Positions 1-9,014 of a stretch of 36,095 nucleotides of DNA are shown piece by piece. The stretch lies in assembly GCA_000994805.1 (NCBI GenBank), contig LCEQ01000003.1, forward strand, positions 1-36,095. The letters are read 5' to 3'. A model generated the notes under the pieces. It had not been told where the DNA came from. It saw only the letters and a list, made by a program, of their open reading frames with translations, and did not search any database. This DNA comes from Candidatus Azambacteria bacterium GW2011_GWA2_42_9 (GTDB lineage Bacteria > Patescibacteriota > Minisyncoccia > UBA10092). Both the position numbers and the translations under genes were made by a program. Numbering within the stretch: the stretch's first letter is position 1; every line of letters starts with the position of its first letter.

Positions 1-1
1 C

Positions 2-523
2 CTTGCCATCTTTTTTACTCGCGTCTTTTTTATTTGCTTTATACTGCTTATATTTATTATTGTTTCCCTTAAGATTAACAGAGCTTGGTCGGCGGAAAAA
101 CTGGTTCAAATTCAGGAAGATTATATTGCGATTATGGAACAGGCCGAAAATTGGCCGGTAATAGATGAAAGAAAAGACAAAAATTATGGAATCGTAAGAC
201 GATTTCATGAAGATCTTAATAAGCATAGAATTATGATGAGCATCTGGTTTCCCGATAATGGCAATGGTTATAAATTAGAATTATTTGCTAAAATTTTATT
301 TAAAATTAACAAACCTGAAGAGTCCAACAAATTCTTAGTTTCTAGAAATGCAATGCTAAAAACCGAAAATGGGAAATGGATAACTGGTGACTATATCAGG
401 AGCGAAGCCAAATACAACGGCAAGGAGTTAATCGCTTTCAGATTATTTAGTAATAAAGATGAAAACAATCCCATAATAATAAGGGTTTTTCTTTTAAAAG
501 ATTTGGTGCCGCTCAAAAAATAA
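2..523 (+). CDS. Hypothetical membrane-anchored or secreted protein, 5'-truncated by the window edge
   Basis: The frame of ORF 134..523 is open back to position 2 and encodes a hydrophobic stretch (FFICFILLIFIIVSL) followed by ..RAWSAE, like a signal anchor. No family recognised. Confidence 0.65.
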   Translation, partial: LAIFFTRVFFICFILLIFIIVSLKINRAWSAEKLVQIQEDYIAIMEQAENWPVIDERKDKNYGIVRRFHEDLNKHRIMMSIWFPDNGNGYKLELFAKILFKINKPEESNKFLVSRNAMLKTENGKWITGDYIRSEAKYNGKELIAFRLFSNKDENNPIIIRVFLLKDLVPLKK

Positions 524-538
524 ATAAGAAAAATTCAA

Positions 539-560
539 AAAATCCCCTTGCGGGGATTTT
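539..560. terminator. Bidirectional intrinsic terminator
   Basis: AAAATCCCC-TTGC-GGGGATTTT hairpin with A/T tails between the convergent ORF and topA. Confidence 0.75.
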
Positions 561-616
561 AAAATTGACCGCACAATATCTCTCGAGATACGTTATGCGG
601 ACAAAACAAAATTTGA

Positions 617-2608
617 TTATTCTTTTTGGTTCTCTTTTTTAACAACGGGGTTTTGCCAACTGGCCCAGTCGCACTTTGGCCAATTGGAACAGCCCCAAAA
701 AGTCCGGCCTTTTTTTGTCCGTCTTCTGACGATGCGGCCGGTTTCGCATTTCGAGCAGGGGCCGAGCTCTTCCTGCTCACCCCTTTCTTTCGGATCAAGC
801 GGCGCGGTGTACTTGCAGGCCGGAAATCCTGTGCAAGCATAAAATTTTCCGTAGCGGCTCATTCTTATTATTAAATCCTTTTCACATAGAGGACATTTTA
901 ATTCTGTTTTTTCGATGGCAATTTTTTCTTTACTCAACTCTTCCGATTTTTTATCAAGATTTTCTTTAAATGGCACCCAAAATTCTTTTATTACCGGCTG
1001 CCATTTCTTTTTCCCATCGGCAATGTCATCAAGGTCTTCTTCCATCCGGGCCGTAAACTCTATGTCAACGACTTTCGGAAAATGCTTAACCAATAAATCA
1101 TTAACCAAAATTCCGATATCGGTCGGTCTCAGCCGTTTCTGTTCGTCTTTTAAAACATAGCGCCGCGCCTGAATGGTCGCCATTGTCGGCGCGTAAGTGG
1201 AGGGCCGGCCGATGCCGTGTTCCTCAAGCGCTTTGATTAAACTGGCTTCGTTATATCTCGCCGGCGGTTCGGTAAAATGCTGTTCCGATTTTAATTCTTT
1301 AAGTTTCAGTTCTTCATTTTCTAGAAGCTCTGGCAATTCCGTTTCGGCGGTTTTCATCGGATAAACTTTAAGGAAGCCATCAAATTTTAAAACATTGCCG
1401 GTCGCCCGGAAGATGTAATTTTCTTTGGATTTACCCTCTGTGGAAATATCGGCAGCAGTTGCTTCAAAAATGGCCGTTGGCATTTGAGTGGCTAAAAATC
1501 TTCTCCAGATTAAATCATAAAGCTTAAATTGTTGAGGCGTCAGTTTGTCTTTCAAAGAATCTGGATTTCTGTCAGGCTCGGTTGGACGAACGGCTTCGTG
1601 CGCTTCTTGGGCCGATTTTGATTTGGTTTTAAAAATTCTGGGGTTTGCTAAAAGATATTTTTTGCCAAATATTTTTTCTATTTCTTTAAAAGCGGCTGCG
1701 ATGGATTCTCCCGAAAGATTAAACGAATCGGTTCTCATGTAAGTGATAAAGCCGGTTTCATATAACTGTTGGGCGATTACCATCGTCTGTTTGGCGCCGA
1801 AGCCGAATTTTGAGAAAGCCGTTTGCTGAAGCGTTGAAGTGGTAAACGGCGCGAGCGGCTGTCGGCGCATTTCTTTTTTAATAATACTTTCCACATTCCA
1901 ATCAGAATTTTTTAAGTCAGCGACTATCTTCTGCGCCTCCGCATCTGTCATGATGGAAAATTTTTCAAGTTTGTCTTTCCCGATTTTTATAAGCTGGGCG
2001 GAGAACTCAAAAGTATTTTTTAAGAATTTGGCTAAAATTGTATGAAATTCTTCCGGCTTGAAACTTAAAACCTCTCTTTCGCGCTCGACAACAAGGCGGA
2101 CGGCGACCGATTGCACCCGGCCGGCCGAAAGTCCGCGGGCGACTTTTTTCCATAAGAAAGGGGAGAGTTTATAACCAACCAGACGATCAAGAATCCGCCG
2201 TGCCTGCTGGGCGTCTACAAGGCGCATGTCAATTTCTCGGGGCGCGGCTAAAGCCGCTTCAATTGCCGACTTGGTGATTTCGTGGAAAACAATTCTTTCA
2301 TAAGGCTTTTTTTCTAGGCCGAGAGCATTGATAAGATGCCAAGAAATTGCTTCGCCTTCGCGATCCGTATCAGTTGCCAGTATCACTTTTTCCGATTTTT
2401 TTGCCGCGGATTTTAATTCGGCGACTCTTTTTTTGGCTTTTGGCAAAATTACATATTGGGGTTCAAAATTTTTTTCTGTGTCAACGCCTAATTTTTTTTC
2501 CGGCAAATCGCGCACGTGCCCATACGACGATTCAACTTTAAAACCGCTCCCAAGAAATTGGGAGATAGTTTTAGCTTTTGTTGGAGATTCTACTATTACT
2601 AATTTCAT
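617..2608 (-). CDS. topA: DNA topoisomerase I (type IA) with C-terminal Zn ribbons
   Basis: Toprim MKLVIVESPTKAKTI, DTDREGE, SAGRVQS, active site GFITYMRTDS, C-terminal CxxC ribbons. Confidence 0.98.
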   Translation of the reverse strand: MKLVIVESPTKAKTISQFLGSGFKVESSYGHVRDLPEKKLGVDTEKNFEPQYVILPKAKKRVAELKSAAKKSEKVILATDTDREGEAISWHLINALGLEKKPYERIVFHEITKSAIEAALAAPREIDMRLVDAQQARRILDRLVGYKLSPFLWKKVARGLSAGRVQSVAVRLVVEREREVLSFKPEEFHTILAKFLKNTFEFSAQLIKIGKDKLEKFSIMTDAEAQKIVADLKNSDWNVESIIKKEMRRQPLAPFTTSTLQQTAFSKFGFGAKQTMVIAQQLYETGFITYMRTDSFNLSGESIAAAFKEIEKIFGKKYLLANPRIFKTKSKSAQEAHEAVRPTEPDRNPDSLKDKLTPQQFKLYDLIWRRFLATQMPTAIFEATAADISTEGKSKENYIFRATGNVLKFDGFLKVYPMKTAETELPELLENEELKLKELKSEQHFTEPPARYNEASLIKALEEHGIGRPSTYAPTMATIQARRYVLKDEQKRLRPTDIGILVNDLLVKHFPKVVDIEFTARMEEDLDDIADGKKKWQPVIKEFWVPFKENLDKKSEELSKEKIAIEKTELKCPLCEKDLIIRMSRYGKFYACTGFPACKYTAPLDPKERGEQEELGPCSKCETGRIVRRRTKKGRTFWGCSNWPKCDWASWQNPVVKKENQKE

Positions 2609-3489
2609 TTGATTACGGTGAATTTTCCGCCGATGTTTTTTATTATACCGTGAATTTCCAGTATTGAAATTGTTGATAATATCTGATTCACCGGCATTTT
2701 GGTAATTTCTGAAATTTTATCAGCGTGAAGCGGCTCTGTTTCAATTGTTTTTAAAATCAGCGCTTCTTCTTTGCTCAAGTCGTTTTTTTCGCCAGGGGTG
2801 GACATTGCTTCGGGTTTTAAGTTCGTTAAATTTAATTCTTCAAGGATATCCTCAACCGAGGAAACCAATTTGGCGCCGTTTTTTATCAAATTATTGGCGC
2901 CTATGGAATTTTTTGCAAAAATCGATCCGGGAACGGCGAAAACCTCCCGGTTTTGTTCTAAAGCGATGCGCGCGGTAATAAGAGCGCCGGATTTTTCCGG
3001 CGCTTCAACAACTAAAACGCCACGCGAGAGGCCGGCGATAATCCGGTTTCGTTCGGGAAAAAACCAAATTTCCGATTTAGTCCCCGGTCCGTATTCGCTT
3101 ATCACCGCTCCGCCGGAATTTATTATTTTATTGACCAGTTTTAAATTTTCAGAAGGGTAAATGGAAGCATCGTCTATAGCCGAACCCAAAACGGCCACGG
3201 TTTTTCCTTTTCCTTCAAGCGCTCCCAAGTGGGCTCGGGTGTCTATGCCGACGGCTAAGCCGCTAATGATATTAAATCCCAATTCCGACAATTCTTTGGC
3301 AATTTTAAAAGCCAAGGTCTTGCCGTAATCCGAAGCGCTTCTGGTGCCGACAATCGCGAAATTCAAGTCGTGATTTTTCGGCAACTGCCCCCGGACATAC
3401 AATTGCTTCGGAGCATTGTGAATCTCTTTAAGAACTCTCGGATAATCCAGCGAAGATTTTTTTATAATTTTGATTTTTTCATCTGACAT
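2605..3489 (-). CDS. dprA: DNA-processing protein DprA/Smf
   Basis: AIVGTR, ISGLAVGIDTRAH, FPERNRIIAGLS, VVEAPEKSGALITA, REVFAVPG, C-terminal winged helix. Overlaps the topA start (usual dprA-topA synteny). Confidence 0.97.
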   Translation of the reverse strand: MSDEKIKIIKKSSLDYPRVLKEIHNAPKQLYVRGQLPKNHDLNFAIVGTRSASDYGKTLAFKIAKELSELGFNIISGLAVGIDTRAHLGALEGKGKTVAVLGSAIDDASIYPSENLKLVNKIINSGGAVISEYGPGTKSEIWFFPERNRIIAGLSRGVLVVEAPEKSGALITARIALEQNREVFAVPGSIFAKNSIGANNLIKNGAKLVSSVEDILEELNLTNLKPEAMSTPGEKNDLSKEEALILKTIETEPLHADKISEITKMPVNQILSTISILEIHGIIKNIGGKFTVIK

Positions 3490-3498
3490 AATTTAAAG

Positions 3499-3549
3499 AC
3501 TATACAGAATTCATTTGATTTTGACAAATATGTTAATATATTATAGTGT
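3499..3549. promoter_or_regulatory. Divergent sigma70 promoters sharing one -35 core (dprA / HtrA-like protease)
   Basis: + strand TTGACA(3521)-N17-TAGTGT(3544). - strand TTGTCA(3527-3522)-N17-TATAGT(3504-3499). Confidence 0.6.
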
Positions 3550-3598
3550 TTTACAACAAAAGAAAGAGTTGTTTTAAAACTTAAAAAGGGGATGTAAA

Positions 3599-4705
3599 AT
3601 GTGGCGCAGAAATAAACTTTTGTGTAGTTTATTGATAATCTTATTTTTGTCGATTTTTACATATTTGATTTATAATTTTGGATTTTATAGATTAATTCCT
3701 AAAGAAAAATCATCTTATGAACTTTATGAAGACGCATTAAAATATACTTTTTTCATTATTTCAGAAGATTTGGAAGAAATTCTTGGAAATAAATCGAAAC
3801 CGGGCGGTATCGGCGTGGGAAGTGGGTTTGTCATTAAAAAGGCTGACGAATATTACCTAGTAACTGCAAATCACGTTGTTGAAAAAAAGAATTTATTTTA
3901 TATTTCGTTTAATAATGAAAAAAAGATTTATAGGGTTAAAAAATTAGGATGGGATCAAAGATTTGACTTAGCGGTTTTGAAATTTGACGAAGACGTTAAA
4001 TGGTCGCATTCCGCCGTTCTCGGTAAGGGTTTGGAAAAAGTCGGCGATAAAGTTTATGTATTGGGCAATCCTTTGGGGCTCAAGTTTTTTTGGCTCAATG
4101 GTAATTTAATTAAAACAAAGGTTTATATTCTGGGTCTCACAACTGGTTTTTTGGCGACGGATGCCATTTGTAATCCGGGTAATTCAGGCGGCCCGATTAT
4201 TAATAGCAGAGGAGAAGTTATTGGAATAGTAGATTTAATCACCACCAGTTCAAATCCAATCTGTATGGCGATTCCTGTTGAAATTTTAAATAAATTATTG
4301 TTTCCATTAAGTGTTGGAGAGGTAGAACATGGTTTTATGGGATTCGGTATAGTTAATTCCTGGCAACTTACTCCTGAAATGAGGAAAAAAATAGAATTAG
4401 GAGAAAGAATAATAGAAGATGGAGTTATTGTGGTTAATGTTATGCCGGGTTCTCCGGCATATGGAAATCTTAAAAAAGGAGACCTGCTTTTAAGTTACGG
4501 GCCCGGCCCAGAAAATCCCAACATTATTATTAAAGACGCCAATGAATTTTTGGAAGAGCTGAATACATCGTTTTTTCTTGGAGATGAGATTGCCATTAAA
4601 TTCCGCCGCGGTAAAGACCATCTGGTGAAAAAATTAAAATTAGTTAACTCCTCAACTTTTATAAGACCAGAAGTGTCGAAAAAAATTCCCTTTCCGATTC
4701 CGTAA
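3599..4705 (+). CDS. HtrA/DegP-like trypsin (S1C) serine protease with N-terminal TM anchor and PDZ domain
   Basis: GSGFVI, TANHVV (His), DLAVLK (Asp), NPGNSGGP (Ser). PDZ signature GFMGF...VVNVMPGSPA..LKKGD. Confidence 0.9.
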   Translation: MWRRNKLLCSLLIILFLSIFTYLIYNFGFYRLIPKEKSSYELYEDALKYTFFIISEDLEEILGNKSKPGGIGVGSGFVIKKADEYYLVTANHVVEKKNLFYISFNNEKKIYRVKKLGWDQRFDLAVLKFDEDVKWSHSAVLGKGLEKVGDKVYVLGNPLGLKFFWLNGNLIKTKVYILGLTTGFLATDAICNPGNSGGPIINSRGEVIGIVDLITTSSNPICMAIPVEILNKLLFPLSVGEVEHGFMGFGIVNSWQLTPEMRKKIELGERIIEDGVIVVNVMPGSPAYGNLKKGDLLLSYGPGPENPNIIIKDANEFLEELNTSFFLGDEIAIKFRRGKDHLVKKLKLVNSSTFIRPEVSKKIPFPIP

Positions 4706-4708
4706 ATT

Positions 4709-4727
4709 GCCCCATATGGGGTTTTTT
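4709..4727 (+). terminator. Intrinsic terminator
   Basis: GCCCCA-TA-TGGGGT followed by a T run just after the protease stop. Confidence 0.55.
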
Positions 4728-4820
4728 ATTTTCTAACCCCGTTCTTGACGCACTCTGGGTTTTTTGTTAGGGTAGGCTCAATTTAAGTACGTTGATAATT
4801 CAATAAATGGGGGATTGGCT

Positions 4821-5510
4821 ATGAGTATTCCGGCAAAGTATAGCAATACCAATTTTGTAATGTTTTTACGCGCTCTTATCTTTAATGCCGTTTGTATTAT
4901 ATTAGTGGTTTGGATATATCAAGGAGGACACATAGATACCATTTTGAAATTTGACGTCCTCTATATTTCACGAATTATTTCCGGACTTGGGATTTTGGGT
5001 CTATGTACAATAATTATTCGAATTTTTCAAATTTCTCGCGAGCTCAATATAGTAAAGAAATACCGCGAATTAATAGATTCTGGCAGCAATAAAAAAAATG
5101 CCGACGAATGGCTCCAGTCTACAAATTCGCGCGTGTCCGAATTTATTCGGAACTACCAAAGAGTGCTTCCGGAGGACAAATCAGTGTTTGTAGGAAATTT
5201 TCAAATGACCATTGCCAGCAAATTATCCATTTTTGGTTCAACGACAGATTGGCTTACGACCTTGGGTTTGTTGGGTACTGTTATCGGCTTTCGAATAGCT
5301 CTTGAGGTGATGACCGGTCTTAAGGACATTGGCCTATTGGCGACATTCGTGCAAAACATATCCGGCGGCTTAATGATTGCCATTGACACAACTATTGTTG
5401 GAATATGTGCGGCATTATGGCTGGATGTAAATTTAAAATGGATTCTCCGTCCCGGTGCGGTGCAACTGGTGAGTGAGGCGGTTAACACAGGAGTTCTATA
5501 TCATGAATGA
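4821..5510 (+). CDS. MotA/TolQ/ExbB-family ion-channel subunit
   Basis: Four hydrophobic segments. Family signatures LTTLGLLGTVIGF and GGLMIAIDTTIVGI. ATG at 4821 (alternative TTG 4815) after a GGGGGA SD. Confidence 0.85.
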   Translation: MSIPAKYSNTNFVMFLRALIFNAVCIILVVWIYQGGHIDTILKFDVLYISRIISGLGILGLCTIIIRIFQISRELNIVKKYRELIDSGSNKKNADEWLQSTNSRVSEFIRNYQRVLPEDKSVFVGNFQMTIASKLSIFGSTTDWLTTLGLLGTVIGFRIALEVMTGLKDIGLLATFVQNISGGLMIAIDTTIVGICAALWLDVNLKWILRPGAVQLVSEAVNTGVLYHE

Positions 5511-6105
5511 TTTCGAGTCCAACAATAATCTATCTGATACACCTATGCGCGATGTTGGTTGGAATATAGCCATTACATTTATTGTACTTTTTTTCTTGGC
5601 TACTTTAGTTTCGCAAATACCTAAAAAGAAAGAAGAAAATCAAATAAAGATATGGGGCGATATTATGATCACAATTGAGTGGCCGGATAAAAAAGACATT
5701 GATGTTGACTTGTGGGCAAAATCCCCAGATGATCCTTTACCTGTGGGATATTCAAGAACGAGGGGGTCAACCCTTGCTCTTCTTAAGGATATTACTGGGC
5801 TTAATAATAATCCCACGGGCAGAATGCGCGAAGTAATATTTGGCGATGGTACTCCCGATGGCAGATATACCGTGAATGTACATCTTTATCGAAACGCTTC
5901 TTCGCTTACCAATGTGCCGGTTGACGCAAAAATCTTTATGGTTGACGGCAGTAATGTAGTAAAAATCGTTAAAAAAAGAGTTTTTCTGAAAAACGTCAGA
6001 GACGAAATTACTATAGCAAATTTTAATTTAAAAGGCGGAAAACTTTTAGGAAAACCGGATGATAAATATGTTCCGCTTCGCGTTGTTACAGGGGGCGGGC
6101 CATGA
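5503..6105 (+). CDS. ExbD/MotB-like single-TM partner with an extracytoplasmic YfaP/DUF2135-like domain
   Basis: TPMRDV followed by a TM helix resembles the ExbD/TolR TP.IDV motif with the conserved Asp. Soluble part has W....DVDLW..P, LLKD and GRYTVNVHLY, as in DUF2135/YfaP. ATG overlaps the upstream stop (ATGAATGA). Confidence 0.7.
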   Translation: MNDFESNNNLSDTPMRDVGWNIAITFIVLFFLATLVSQIPKKKEENQIKIWGDIMITIEWPDKKDIDVDLWAKSPDDPLPVGYSRTRGSTLALLKDITGLNNNPTGRMREVIFGDGTPDGRYTVNVHLYRNASSLTNVPVDAKIFMVDGSNVVKIVKKRVFLKNVRDEITIANFNLKGGKLLGKPDDKYVPLRVVTGGGP

Positions 6106-6728
6106 GTAATTATATGGACGCAAGCTTCTATCTTGTGAATATTAATCCATACTTTCTAGCCGCTTTGGCAATTGCTTTCATTTTGGGGATTGTTTCTATC
6201 TGGTCGAATCACTCCCTAATTTTCAAATTAACCGCATTAATAACAATTGGCGTCATGGTCTGGTTTACATTAAACGCTTTTAATAAAACGAACGATAAAA
6301 TAAATTATGTTATTAAAGAAACGAATGCCAAAATAAAGTATTTGGAAAAAAGTCTTTTGTCAAAACCAAAAATCGTCACGTACGAAGAATTACAAGGCAT
6401 GATCCCGGAAGGACACCCGGGACACCTGGTGCTTTATGGCGAGGCCGCCGAGGAAGGAATCTATTTACTTCTTCGTAGTCCGGGTATTTCTGAACCCCGT
6501 TATTATTTGATGGGGGCCAGTGATAAATTGAAAGAACAATTCAAAGATGCGGAATTTAATGCTCAAAAGAAGCAGACACAACTTTTCTTGGGCGGCAAAA
6601 TCAAGGGCGAAAAAAATAAAGAACAAAGAGAAGGGATTAACGGACAAGGAACGCAAAAAAGCGAAGGCGGGCTGGGCGTTTTTCATCCGGCCCCCGTTAC
6701 AGGAGATGGTCCATCAAAACCCCGATAA
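6102..6728 (+). CDS. Hypothetical membrane protein (2 N-terminal TMs), third gene of the stator-like operon
   Basis: ATGA overlap with the previous gene, two TM helices, soluble domain (IYLLL..EPRYY), charged Gly/Pro-rich tail. Confidence 0.75.
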   Translation: MSNYMDASFYLVNINPYFLAALAIAFILGIVSIWSNHSLIFKLTALITIGVMVWFTLNAFNKTNDKINYVIKETNAKIKYLEKSLLSKPKIVTYEELQGMIPEGHPGHLVLYGEAAEEGIYLLLRSPGISEPRYYLMGASDKLKEQFKDAEFNAQKKQTQLFLGGKIKGEKNKEQREGINGQGTQKSEGGLGVFHPAPVTGDGPSKPR

Positions 6729-6737
6729 AGGGGTTTT
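6716..6737 (+). terminator. Intrinsic terminator closing the three-gene operon
   Basis: AAAACCCC-GATAAA-GGGGTTTT overlapping the stop codon. Confidence 0.65.
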
Positions 6738-6830
6738 AAATTTGGTTTGACACAAGATCGGTTTTTAATTTAGTCTATATAAGAATAAGCTATTAATAAG
6801 CTGTTTGAAAATTTAACGGAGGTAACGGAA

Positions 6831-7916
6831 ATGAAAATAAAAGAGAATCGGTCGCTTTTTCTCTTGATTTTATTACTGCTTGTGACTTTAACCATGCTTA
6901 CGACCGCCCGGCAGATTCTCAAAACCGAAAAATATGCCGAGTCGGTTGAGGAGGCGGTGGATATTGTTTCTAAACAAAGCGACTCGCGATTTGTGGAGCT
7001 GGTTGAAGTGCAAAATCTTCATTTTCAACAAATTATCGATTTGCAAAAAAAGGTGGATACTCTCCAATCCGGATTGAAAAAAGAGAAAAAAGAACGCGAC
7101 CAAACAAATCGACTATTGGGCATTGACGGTAAGTATGACAAAAACAACGTTTTGATTAAGCAAAAAGATCTAGACACTTTTTTGAATTACAAAACGGATG
7201 CCGTCTCGCTCGTTGTTTTCAACGTCAAGTCGGAAAAGTATGAAAATAACATTGTTGGTCCTCCAGTTACAGCGCCGGCGATTATTATCGGCAAATACGT
7301 ATTAATATCGTCACACACAAATGACCCGGAAGTGTTAAAAGAAATGTTTTTATCTAATTTTCCAGAGTCGGTAAAAGTTGAAATCTTTAAACACAATGTG
7401 GTTATGGTTATTAATGATAAGCCAGTGGAATTGAAAGAAATTTATAGGAACAGAGAAAAAGATTTCAGCTTATTTGAGATTCCGGCGGAAGCGGTCGAAA
7501 AAGTGAAAACTGTTTCAAACTTCCCATTTGAAATGGGCAGGAGCGGCGAATTAAAAATAGGCAATTTTATTTTTATGAATGGCCGACCTGGAGGCGAGTA
7601 CGAAATCGCCCGTTCTGGACACGTTACAACTCTTTCAATTCTTTATAGAGACGAAAATAACAATGGTGAATATAAAAAAGATGATAACAGTTTTGGGATT
7701 TCCGAAATTGTGTTGCCGGGAGATTCCGGGTCGCCCATCGTCGCTTTTCGGGACGGCAAGCCGGAACTTGTCGGAATTACTTTGGGATACATTGATGGGA
7801 GAGGAAAGGGCATTGTTCGTTCCTACGCTTTAAAAATAGACGTTGCGACCGATGAAATAAAAGAAAAACTTGGGATTGATTTGCGCGAAATTCAACGCAA
7901 GATTTTGAAGAAGTAA
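6831..7916 (+). CDS. Membrane-anchored trypsin-like serine protease with coiled-coil stalk
   Basis: Signal anchor, heptad-like stalk (LQKKVDTLQSGLKKEKKE), SSHT (His), DFSLFE (Asp), PGDSGSP (Ser), LVGI. GGAGG SD and upstream TTGACA-N18-TAGTCT (6747-6776). Confidence 0.8.
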   Translation: MKIKENRSLFLLILLLLVTLTMLTTARQILKTEKYAESVEEAVDIVSKQSDSRFVELVEVQNLHFQQIIDLQKKVDTLQSGLKKEKKERDQTNRLLGIDGKYDKNNVLIKQKDLDTFLNYKTDAVSLVVFNVKSEKYENNIVGPPVTAPAIIIGKYVLISSHTNDPEVLKEMFLSNFPESVKVEIFKHNVVMVINDKPVELKEIYRNREKDFSLFEIPAEAVEKVKTVSNFPFEMGRSGELKIGNFIFMNGRPGGEYEIARSGHVTTLSILYRDENNNGEYKKDDNSFGISEIVLPGDSGSPIVAFRDGKPELVGITLGYIDGRGKGIVRSYALKIDVATDEIKEKLGIDLREIQRKILKK

Positions 7917-7921
7917 TTTTA

Positions 7922-8428
7922 TCAATAACTAAGAGCCGTTTCCAATTCGGAGACGGCTTTTTTAATAGTTTTATCTAAAACATTTAATTCTGTGGGCGTG
8001 AATTTTTTTAATATAATTTTATCTGCTTTTATTTTTGTATTTTGTATTTTGTATTTTGTATTTTGTATTGGATGAATACCAATCCTTAGCCGCCAGAAAT
8101 TTTTGGTTTTGAGAGTTTTAATAATTGATTCAACTCCTTTATGACCCGCTGAAGAGCGGCCGAAAGAAAATTTAAATTTTCCCCATGAAATGTCAATGTC
8201 GTCGTGGACTACCAAAACATTTTCGGGTTTTATTTTGTGAGATTTTATCAAAGCCAAAACGGCCGTCCCCGATTTATTCATAAATGTTTGAGTTTTGGCT
8301 AAAATAATTTTTTTATTTTTTAAATTGCTCTCTAAAATATCAATGAATAAAAAGCCGACGTTGTGCCTGGTGCGCTCATATTCTTTGCCGGGATTGCCCA
8401 AACCGACGATTAATTTGATTTTATCCAT
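7922..8428 (-). CDS. pth: Peptidyl-tRNA hydrolase
   Basis: LIVGLGNPGKEYERTRHNVGF, KTQTFMNKSG, VVHDDID, SSAGHKGVESI, RLRIGI. Start at MDKIK (8428) is more likely than 8455. Confidence 0.96.
   Translation of the reverse strand: MDKIKLIVGLGNPGKEYERTRHNVGFLFIDILESNLKNKKIILAKTQTFMNKSGTAVLALIKSHKIKPENVLVVHDDIDISWGKFKFSFGRSSAGHKGVESIIKTLKTKNFWRLRIGIHPIQNTKYKIQNTKIKADKIILKKFTPTELNVLDKTIKKAVSELETALSY
8033..8067. repeat. Heptamer tandem repeat (TTTTGTA)x5 inside pth
   Basis: Five perfect copies, read as QNTKYKIQNTK in Pth. Confidence 0.9.
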
Positions 8429-8453
8429 TTTATAATGTAAAATAACATAAAAC

Positions 8454-9011
8454 ATGCAATCTTTAAAGTCATTTTTTACATTTTTTTGGGATCTTGTTAA
8501 AACGGCGCTTATCGCCCTTGTTTTGGCTGGGGTTATCAGGTACTTCTTGGTCCAGCCGTTTTTTGTCCAAGGAGCCTCGATGGAGCCGAATTTTGAAGAC
8601 GGAGAATATTTGCTGATTGACGAAGTAAGTTATTATTTTAAGCCGGTTGAAAGGGGCGAAGTGATTGTTTTCCGCTATCCGCTTGACACCTCCAAGTATT
8701 ACATTAAAAGAGTTATCGGTCTTTCCAACGAAACCATTGAGATAAAAAACGGCAAGATAATGGTTTATAATGATAAGAATCCGGACGGGATTTTAATTTC
8801 TGAATATTATCTTCAAAATGATTTAATCACCGAAGGAAGCATTAAAAAGAAGCTTAATAAAGACGAACTCTTTGTTTTGGGAGATAACCGCCCGGCCTCT
8901 TCCGATTCACGGCGCTGGGGCACTTTACCAAAAAGCGATATTGTCGGCCGGGTGTGGCTGCGGGCCTGGCCGCTTGACCGCGCCGATATTTTTAAAGCGC
9001 CAACTTATTAA
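8454..9011 (+). CDS. lepB: Signal peptidase I
   Basis: TM, then GASMEP (catalytic Ser), YYIKRVIG (Lys), FVLGDNRPASSDSR. Confidence 0.96.
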   Translation: MQSLKSFFTFFWDLVKTALIALVLAGVIRYFLVQPFFVQGASMEPNFEDGEYLLIDEVSYYFKPVERGEVIVFRYPLDTSKYYIKRVIGLSNETIEIKNGKIMVYNDKNPDGILISEYYLQNDLITEGSIKKKLNKDELFVLGDNRPASSDSRRWGTLPKSDIVGRVWLRAWPLDRADIFKAPTY

Positions 9012-9014
9012 AAC

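Noticed and set aside
4821..6728. Calling the operon Zorya, MotAB or ExbBD-TonB
   Set aside because: No long ZorA cytoplasmic tail, no OmpA-like domain in the B subunit, and no ZorC/D/E, flagellar or TonB genes in the window. Only the channel core is shared.
6800..6816. boxA-like antitermination motif GCTGTTTGAAAA upstream of the protease
   Set aside because: A single degenerate match in AT-rich DNA, and similar sites before other accessory genes are too weak to support.
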